From assembly GCA_963711565.1 (NCBI GenBank), contig CAVQEQ010000001.1, forward strand, positions 1,056,001-1,120,000: a stretch of 64,000 nucleotides of DNA, in the 5' to 3' direction. The DNA is from an uncultured delta proteobacterium (GTDB lineage Bacteria; Desulfobacterota; Binatia; Binatales; Binataceae). Every line of letters starts with the position of its first letter. The stretch's first letter is position 1. Below the pieces are notes generated by a model. That model did not search any database and was not told where the DNA came from. It worked only from the letters and a program-made list of their open reading frames with translations. The translations under genes were made by a program, and so were the position numbers. Below, one piece after another: positions 57,707 through 64,000 of the stretch.

Positions 57707-58288
57707 TCAGGCGACGACGTGGTCGGAGAAGCCGGCTACGTCGTAGGTCATTATCAGGAGATCACGAGAGCGGCCGCGGCGGTCTTCGACCCAATCGGAA
57801 AGGATCGCTTCGACCTGGAAGCCCAAGTGCTCGAAGGCGGCGCGCGCAGCGGTCTGATCGGTGGTCATCTGGGCCGTGATCTTTTTGAGGCCGAGTGAAC
57901 GCGCGAGATCGAATACTTCGGCGGCGAGGCGGCGGCCGAGTCCCGCACCGCGGTAACGCGACGAGGTGATGATGCGGATTTCGCCGACGCGCCGAGTCCA
58001 TCGCGCCTGATCGAGGTGGACGCTCGCGTAGGCGGCGAGTTCGCCGTCGACCTCGGCGAGCAGGGTGATGGTGTGCCCGGCCTTGATGTTATCGACCCAA
58101 CTCTGGACGACGCCGCGATCGGTGATGTCTGTGCGCAGGAAGAGCAGGTCGTCGGCAGGCAGGTTGCGGGCGAAATCGATGATACGATCGAGGTCGTCGG
58201 GGCCCATCACGCGGATGGCGGCGCTATGGCCGTCGCGCAGCTTAAGCTCAATTGGATAAGGGCGATTAGTCTTGATCTGCTCGGTCAT
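57707..58288 (-). CDS. GNAT family N-acetyltransferase
   Basis: YRGAGLGRRL, AFEHLGFQVEA; start reassigned to ATG 58288. Confidence 0.88.
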   Translation of the reverse strand: MTEQIKTNRPYPIELKLRDGHSAAIRVMGPDDLDRIIDFARNLPADDLLFLRTDITDRGVVQSWVDNIKAGHTITLLAEVDGELAAYASVHLDQARWTRRVGEIRIITSSRYRGAGLGRRLAAEVFDLARSLGLKKITAQMTTDQTAARAAFEHLGFQVEAILSDWVEDRRGRSRDLLIMTYDVAGFSDHVVA

Positions 58289-58550
58289 CGAAACCTCCGG
58301 CGTAACCGCTGTGGGCAAGCGCTGCTTTCGAGAATACTCGTAAGGCGCTGTTAACCCGCGCGGAACGCTATCCTTGATCAGCGCGGGCGGCCCGGCAAGC
58401 GCAGCATAAATAAAATTCGGCTTGCGCTTTGGCGACCATGCCTGCCAAACTTTGCAATCTGCGGCATTGTCATTTCCAGGTTTTCCCGACTGGGACGGGG
58501 CATCGCGCTGCGGCCCACGGCAGGGAAGTCCCACTCGGAGGTGAGTTAGA

Positions 58551-60095
58551 ATGGCCGAAAAACCGACACTTCCATCCGCGTCGAGCTATCGGCTGTCAAC
58601 GCAGGATGCGACCTTTATCTACGGTGAATCGCAGAGTGGTCCGCTGCATATCGGATCGATCGGGCTGTTCGAGGGTCAGGTCGATTTCAACGGGCTCTTG
58701 GGGCATTTCGAGGAACGGATGCATCTGGTGCCGCGCTACCGGCAGCGGCTGATCGAAGTCCCGCTGAATTTCGCGCATGCGATGATGGAGGATGACCCGG
58801 AGTTCGCCGTCGAGAATCACGTATTTCCGCACGAGCTGCCTGACGCGATGAGCGAAGGCGACGCGCTAGCGGAAATGATGCGCATCTTCAAGAAACCGCT
58901 CGACCGCAAGCATCCGCTGTGGGAGCTGCACGTGTTCCACAACCTGGACGGGAATCGCACGGCGCTGATGTGGAAGGTGCATCATTGCCTGGTCGATGGC
59001 GTGTCGGGGGTCGAGCTGCTGAAGGTGATGTACGATTTTCGCGCGGAGCCCGACGATATTCCGCAGCCGCCGGAGCCATGGGTGGCGGCCAAGCCGTCGA
59101 GTCTGATCCGGCGATTCGCGGAGGCGGTGCGCGATCAGATTCAGGGCGCGGTCAACTCGACGATCAACGCGGCGGTCGAAGCGATCGAGGATCCGGCCTC
59201 GGTGACGGAGCGCGCGCGGCAGTTGGGCGAGGCGTCGCGGGTGATGACGGAGCTGGCGACGCGGCGGATAGTGGCGACGCCGTGGAACGCGACGCCGGTC
59301 ACGCAGGACCGCGTGGTGGCATGGACGCGTCAAACGTTCTCGGACTTTCGCGCGATCAGATCGGCGTTCGGCGGATCGGTGAACGATGTAGTACTGGCTA
59401 TGTTGACAGAGGGCGCCGCTCGATATTTGCAGCATCATGGGTACGCCGTCGAGGGACAGCAACTGTGTATTGGATGTCCGGTCAACGTGCGGCACAAAGA
59501 TGAAAAGAGTTCGCTGGGGAATCGCGTCTCGATGATGTTCCCGACCGCGCCGGCGGCGCCGATGGATATTGTCGAGCGGCTGAAACTGATTCACGAAGAG
59601 ACGGAGCGAATCAAGGCGGCGGGCTCCGCGCAGGCTCTGGAAGCCATGATGGGGCTGAGCGACGCGATCCCACCGAGCATGATCGGGCCGGCCTCGCGGG
59701 TGACGACCACGATGCTCGATGTCGCGGGACGGCTGGCGAAGTGGACCGATTGGAGGCCGCGGCCCGACGGCATGGCGCTGCCCGCATTCGGAATAAACTT
59801 TATCGCGACCAACGTGCCGGGCGTGCAGGTGCCGCAATATATCAACGGTCACGTATGTTTGGACATGGTACCGCTGGTGCCGCTCGGCGCAACGATGGGG
59901 TATGCAGTCGCAATACTCAGTTACTATAGAAGTCTATACTTCGGAATGATGGCAGACCCGCGCGTGATGCCCGACGTCGCGTTGATGAAGGCATTCGTCG
60001 ATGACGCATTCGCGGAGCTGAAGCGGCGATGCGTGGAGAAGTCGGCGGAAAAAGCAGCGGAGGAGCCGGAGCGGAAGAGCGCCAGCGGCGCTTGA
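58551..60095 (+). CDS. Wax ester synthase / diacylglycerol acyltransferase (WS/DGAT)
   Basis: LSTQDATF, PLDRKHPLWE, catalytic HHCLVDG, SVNDVVLA, TNVPG. Confidence 0.94.
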   Translation: MAEKPTLPSASSYRLSTQDATFIYGESQSGPLHIGSIGLFEGQVDFNGLLGHFEERMHLVPRYRQRLIEVPLNFAHAMMEDDPEFAVENHVFPHELPDAMSEGDALAEMMRIFKKPLDRKHPLWELHVFHNLDGNRTALMWKVHHCLVDGVSGVELLKVMYDFRAEPDDIPQPPEPWVAAKPSSLIRRFAEAVRDQIQGAVNSTINAAVEAIEDPASVTERARQLGEASRVMTELATRRIVATPWNATPVTQDRVVAWTRQTFSDFRAIRSAFGGSVNDVVLAMLTEGAARYLQHHGYAVEGQQLCIGCPVNVRHKDEKSSLGNRVSMMFPTAPAAPMDIVERLKLIHEETERIKAAGSAQALEAMMGLSDAIPPSMIGPASRVTTTMLDVAGRLAKWTDWRPRPDGMALPAFGINFIATNVPGVQVPQYINGHVCLDMVPLVPLGATMGYAVAILSYYRSLYFGMMADPRVMPDVALMKAFVDDAFAELKRRCVEKSAEKAAEEPERKSASGA

Positions 60096-60270
60096 GGGGA
60101 AGGGGAGATCACTTTATTGAATGTGAAACCCGCGATGGGTTTCACGCTTCCTTCGGCAGGGCTGAGCCCTGCACCCGGTGAGAAGAAATCGCGAAATGGC
60201 GAGGACGTCATTTCGCTCTCAAGGGTTCTTTTCCCTCTGTCATTCAGAGCGAAGCGAAGAATCCCGGCTC
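60096..60270. repeat. Composite family D unit plus family C repeat
   Basis: Matches the reverse complement of about 50547-50671, then TGTCATTCAGAGCGAAGCGAAGAATCCCGGCTC. Confidence 0.85.
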
Positions 60271-60272
60271 CT

Positions 60273-61236
60273 TCTTACCTCGCCCGGGTTAGGATGTCGC
60301 GTTCCTCGCATCCTATTATTCGCCTCTCCCGCTTAGTTGCGGGAGAGGTCGCGCCGCCTGGCGCGGGTGAGGGGGAGCTTCACGGGAGAGGAGGCCGGCG
60401 GGCGTAGCCGCCAATAGGTGAGGGTGCTGGGCCGCAGCACTAAAGCTCGTGCGGCCACTTTTTCTGACGGAAGGTTGAGGTTCACCCTATGCGATGCGGA
60501 TGGGCGCGCAATGAGTTGGCGATTCGCTACCACGATGAAGAGTGGGGCGTGCCGGTGCATGACGAGCGACGATGGTTCGAGTTTATCACGCTCGAAGGGG
60601 CGCAGGCCGGGCTGAGCTGGGATACGATTCTGCGCAAGCGCGAGGCGTATAGGAAAGCATTCAAGGGGCTCGAGCCGGCGCGAGTTGCGAAGTTTGGCGA
60701 GCGCGATGTGACGAGGCTGCTCGCGGACGCGGAGATCGTTCGCAATCGGTTGAAGATCAATTCCACAATCGGCAACGCGAAAGCGTTTCTTGCCGTGCAG
60801 AAAGAGTTCGGCAGCTTCGACGAATATGTCTGGCGGTTCGTTGGCGGGCGTCCGCGGATCAACAAGTGGCGCGCGCTGAAGCAGGTGCCGGCGCGCACCG
60901 ACGAATCGGATGCGATGAGCAAGGAGCTGATCGGGCGCGGATTCAAGTTCGTGGGATCGACGATCTGCTACGCGATGATGCAGGCGACGGGGATGGTGAA
61001 TGATCATCTGGTGGATTGCGAGAGGTATAAGGTGGTGGGGCGGGCGAAGTGAGTGATTTGTAGAGATTGTGCTTGAATCGCGGAACCCTCACCTACCGGC
61101 GGCTACGCCCGCCGGCCTCCTCTCCCGTGAAGCTCCCCCTCACCCGCGCCAATGGCGCGACCTCTCCCGCAACTAAGCGGGAGAGGCGAATAATCGGTTG
61201 CGAGGAACGCGACATCCTAACCTGGGCGAGGTAAGA
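60273..61236. mobile_element. tag gene bracketed by ~152-bp inverted repeats built from family B hairpins
   Basis: 60273-60425 and 61085-61236 are reverse complements with roughly 8 differences by hand alignment. Confidence 0.7.
60489..61052 (+). CDS. tag: DNA-3-methyladenine glycosylase I
   Basis: RCGW, YHDEEWGVP, LEGAQAGLSW, IVRNRLKI, GFKFVGSTICYA, NDHLVDC. Confidence 0.97.
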   Translation: MRCGWARNELAIRYHDEEWGVPVHDERRWFEFITLEGAQAGLSWDTILRKREAYRKAFKGLEPARVAKFGERDVTRLLADAEIVRNRLKINSTIGNAKAFLAVQKEFGSFDEYVWRFVGGRPRINKWRALKQVPARTDESDAMSKELIGRGFKFVGSTICYAMMQATGMVNDHLVDCERYKVVGRAK

Positions 61237-61252
61237 TCGGATCGCCCCTAAC

Positions 61253-62773
61253 TTAGCGAGATGCGTAGGATTTGCCGCGTTTGATTAGGACTAGGCGGCG
61301 GTTGCCGTGGTCGGAGGTCAGGACTGGTTCGAAGTCGGGGTTGTCGCTTTGATCTTTTTTCCAGACATGGGCGGGCAGGATGATGAAGCCGGGAGGGGCG
61401 TCGCTGAGATGGCCCTGGAGTATCGGCGCGTCGCGATCGAGATAGAAGAGGAGCGGCGCTACCTCTTCCTGGAATCCGTACAGGTAGAGCGGGTCGGCGG
61501 GTGCGACGACGCGGGCGATTTCATCGGCGGCGGGGCGAAATGAATCGTCGCGGCATGCGCGCACTTCCGCGCGCGGGATATAGATGAAGTTGAAGACGAT
61601 GAGACATGCGCATAGCGCGGCGAATGTCCAAGTCGCGACGCGACGGTATGCGATCGGCGGGATGGTGACGATCCACCAGGCGAGAATCACGGCGGCGGCG
61701 GGCCATACGGGGAGCAGATACGAGCGGCGCTTGTAGGCGGCGATGCTGAAGAAGATGACGGTGGCGAAGTAGAAGATCGCGAAGAGGCGGACGGCGGAGC
61801 GGGCGCGCGAGTCAGAGGTTGTGGGGGTGCCGGCGCCCTCACCCGCGTCGCTTGGCGCTCCGCGACCTCTCCCGGGGGAAGAGGTAATTAATGCGGTGGC
61901 GGCGGCGATTGGGAGCAGGAGGCTTAGCGGGGCGGAGTTCAGGAGGACGGGTTTGACGTAGTACCAGGGGGCCATCGCGCCGAGCGAGCCGAAGAAGCGG
62001 CCGACGTTTTCGGTGTCGAGCTGGCGATTGAGGAAGGCGAAGCGGCCGCCGAAGTAGCATGCGAGATACCAGCTCGAAGCGATCGCGGCGCCGAGGATGA
62101 TCGCGCCCGGATCGAGCATCGTGAGAATCTGGCGTCCGCGACGTTCGACGATCATAAAGATGAGGATCGCGGCGCCGGGAAGAATCGCACCGACGGGGCC
62201 CTTGGCGAGGACGCCGAGGCCGAGCGCCGCCGCCATCAGGTAGAGCGCGGAGAGGTTGGACTCGAAGCGTGCGGCGCGGCCGGACGAGGCGGGGTCACGC
62301 GGTATCCACCACAGAAAAGCGAACAGCGCGAGCGACTCGAAGAAGCATAGCGTCATGTTGACGCGGCCGAAGCGGCCCTGGCTGATGTACTGGTAGGACG
62401 CGGCGAGACTGAGTCCGGCGAGAATCGCAGCGTCGAGGCCGAGGATTTCGTAGGCGAGGAGCATCGTGAGGACTGCGCCGGCGATCGCGTAGAGTGCGGA
62501 TGGCAGGCGCAGATTTGCGGCGGTCACTTTGCGGATGTCGAGGACGCGATCGATCGCGACAGCGGTCCAGTGGAACAGCGGCGGCTTGTACATCGGGACG
62601 TTGCCGTTCTCGACCGGGAACAGGAGATGGCCGTGCTCGACCATCTGCTGGACGAAGACGCCTTCGACGGCCTCGTTGCCGGTGCATACGTCGCCAGCGC
62701 CGAGTCGATGGAGGGTGAGGACGGCGATGATCAGAGCGATCGCTATAATCGCGGCGGCGGGTTTCGCGGTCAC
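61253..62773 (-). CDS. ArnT/GT83-GT39-like membrane glycosyltransferase
   Basis: MYKPPLFHW, RLPSA, LAKGPVG, YKRRSYLLP; start approximate (GTG); contains an in-frame repeat. Confidence 0.88.
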   Translation of the reverse strand: MTAKPAAAIIAIALIIAVLTLHRLGAGDVCTGNEAVEGVFVQQMVEHGHLLFPVENGNVPMYKPPLFHWTAVAIDRVLDIRKVTAANLRLPSALYAIAGAVLTMLLAYEILGLDAAILAGLSLAASYQYISQGRFGRVNMTLCFFESLALFAFLWWIPRDPASSGRAARFESNLSALYLMAAALGLGVLAKGPVGAILPGAAILIFMIVERRGRQILTMLDPGAIILGAAIASSWYLACYFGGRFAFLNRQLDTENVGRFFGSLGAMAPWYYVKPVLLNSAPLSLLLPIAAATALITSSPGRGRGAPSDAGEGAGTPTTSDSRARSAVRLFAIFYFATVIFFSIAAYKRRSYLLPVWPAAAVILAWWIVTIPPIAYRRVATWTFAALCACLIVFNFIYIPRAEVRACRDDSFRPAADEIARVVAPADPLYLYGFQEEVAPLLFYLDRDAPILQGHLSDAPPGFIILPAHVWKKDQSDNPDFEPVLTSDHGNRRLVLIKRGKSYASR

Positions 62774-62839
62774 GCGAAGGTTCCTGGAGAGGAGGCAGAA
62801 TCTTGAGTCGCGCGCAGAATCGCGCGCTGAATAAGGATC

Positions 62840-63093
62840 CTCACCTTCATCCTCTCCCATTCCGGGAGAGGGGAAGAAGCGTTGCGCAGTTATGCAAAGG
62901 TCTCATTGCAGGAAGAGCGGAAGAAGCTCTAGTGTGGCGTCCCGTAAATGACTTGAAGAACAAAGCCCTAACCCCTCACCCCTTCCCCAGAAAGAATGGG
63001 GAAGGGGAACAGGAAAAATCCTCTGGGGAATGGCGGGGTGCTTGCCGCCATCCTATCCCCCTGGCCCCCTTTCCGGGCCGGAAAGGGGGAACC
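62840..63093. repeat. Cluster of family A/B hairpin repeats
   Basis: CCTCTCCC..GGGAGAGG near 62851; CCTAACCCCTCACCCCTTCCCC..GGGGAAGGGGAAC at 62967; CCCCTTTCC..GGAAAGGGG near 63065. Confidence 0.75.
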
Positions 63094-63170
63094 GGACCAG
63101 AGAGTGCCGTGGCTGATCGTGCGCAAATGGGCCAGAACTTTTTGAAGATATTTGCGGGACACTACACTAG

Positions 63171-63323
63171 CAGGCTGCTGAAAAAGTAATTTTCAACGCC
63201 TGCTCCCTCTCTCTTGTCTCCCCCAAAGGGGGAGATGTTGTAGGTAAGAAGACAGCTTCTACGCAGAGTGTTGAAAAGCTTGATATCAAATCCACGAGTT
63301 GCATCGAGTTCTTCGACACCCTG
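63171..63323. mobile_element. Non-autonomous IS-derived MITE with CTAG target duplication
   Basis: CTAG (63167-63170) CAGGCTGCTGAAAAA ... TTCTTCGACACCCTG CTAG (63324-63327); ends match 11/15 as inverted repeats. Confidence 0.65.
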
Positions 63324-64000
63324 CTAGGGCTTCAGCAGGACTTTCATTACGTTGTCTTTTCTGGCGTTGAAGATTTCGTAGCCTTTGGCGGCGTCCTCTA
63401 ACGGCATTATGTGACTTATCAAGGGGCGGGGATCTAATGTTCCGCTTGCTATCAGGCGGGATAGCTCCGGGATGTGGGCGTTGATGTTGGCGAGGCCGAT
63501 GCTGAACTTCAGGTCGCGCATGAAAGCGTAGCCGATTGGGAAGTTGAACGACGGGGCGGCGAAGACGCCGATTACTGAGACGGTACCGCCGCCGCGCGCG
63601 GCCATTATCGCGGCGGTCAGGGCCGCGTCGTTGCCGACCGCTTCGATCGTGACGTCGGCGCCGCGTCCTTCTGTGCGATCGAGGATCGTTTGATTCGCAT
63701 TCTCGACGTTCACCGCCGTTGCGCCGAGTTTGCGCGCGAGGTCGAGGCGATACGGGATGCTGTCGACGGCGATGATTTCGGCGGGGCCGAACAGTTTCGC
63801 GCTCATCACGGCGCACAAGCCCACCGGGCCGCATCCGAAGATCGCGACGGTGTCGCCGGGACGGATGTTGCCGTTAATCGCGCCGAAGTAGGCCGTCGGC
63901 AGGATGTCGGCGAGAAATACTGCGCTGTCGTCGTCGATCGCGTCTGGGAGCCGGTAGCAGGTGTAATCCGCCATCGGGACGCGCACTGCTTCGGACTGCT
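63324..64000 (-). CDS. Zn-dependent alcohol/formaldehyde dehydrogenase (MDR), 5' end outside window
   Basis: FLADILPTAY, FGCGPVG, GADVTIEAVG, KVLLKP. Confidence 0.93.
   Translation of the reverse strand, partial: QSEAVRVPMADYTCYRLPDAIDDDSAVFLADILPTAYFGAINGNIRPGDTVAIFGCGPVGLCAVMSAKLFGPAEIIAVDSIPYRLDLARKLGATAVNVENANQTILDRTEGRGADVTIEAVGNDAALTAAIMAARGGGTVSVIGVFAAPSFNFPIGYAFMRDLKFSIGLANINAHIPELSRLIASGTLDPRPLISHIMPLEDAAKGYEIFNARKDNVMKVLLKP

Noticed and set aside
24630-63093. CRISPR array interpretation of the recurring palindromes
   Set aside because: Copies are dispersed, not tandem with unique equal-length spacers; no cas genes

Overview
GC-rich bacterial chromosomal window spanning the replication origin region. 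It holds dnaA-oriC-dnaN (DnaA boxes plus a DnaA-trio unwinding element), three perfect parS palindromes beside mnmG-rsmG-parA-parB, and the rpmH-rnpA-yidD-yidC-jag operon and mnmE, both displaced from dnaA. It also holds a partial F0 ATP-synthase operon, mutS2 plus a stand-alone Smr gene, pcrA/uvrD, hemL, fumC, pstS and many accessory genes: an Erm-like methyltransferase, HicAB-type TA, Tad pseudopilins, a GLIC/ELIC-like pentameric ligand-gated channel, WS/DGAT, two ArnT-like GTs and a stand-alone S53 propeptide. Gene content suggests a Deltaproteobacteria-like lineage, possibly Candidatus Binatota (inference only). The most striking unexplained structure is a dense set of short palindromic repeat families. 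One DUF559 (Vsr-like) endonuclease gene is framed by ~60-bp inverted arms, and a gene-less derivative with the same left end sits at 57.5 kb. The tag gene is framed by ~150-bp inverted arms, and repeats are inserted in frame in several genes. Together this suggests a REP/REPIN-like mobile system that may use DUF559 rather than a RAYT transposase. Three apparent frameshifts (ArnT-like gene, hemL, S53 propeptide 5' end) may be assembly errors. No rRNA, tRNA or CRISPR array was seen. All alignments and counts were made by eye.
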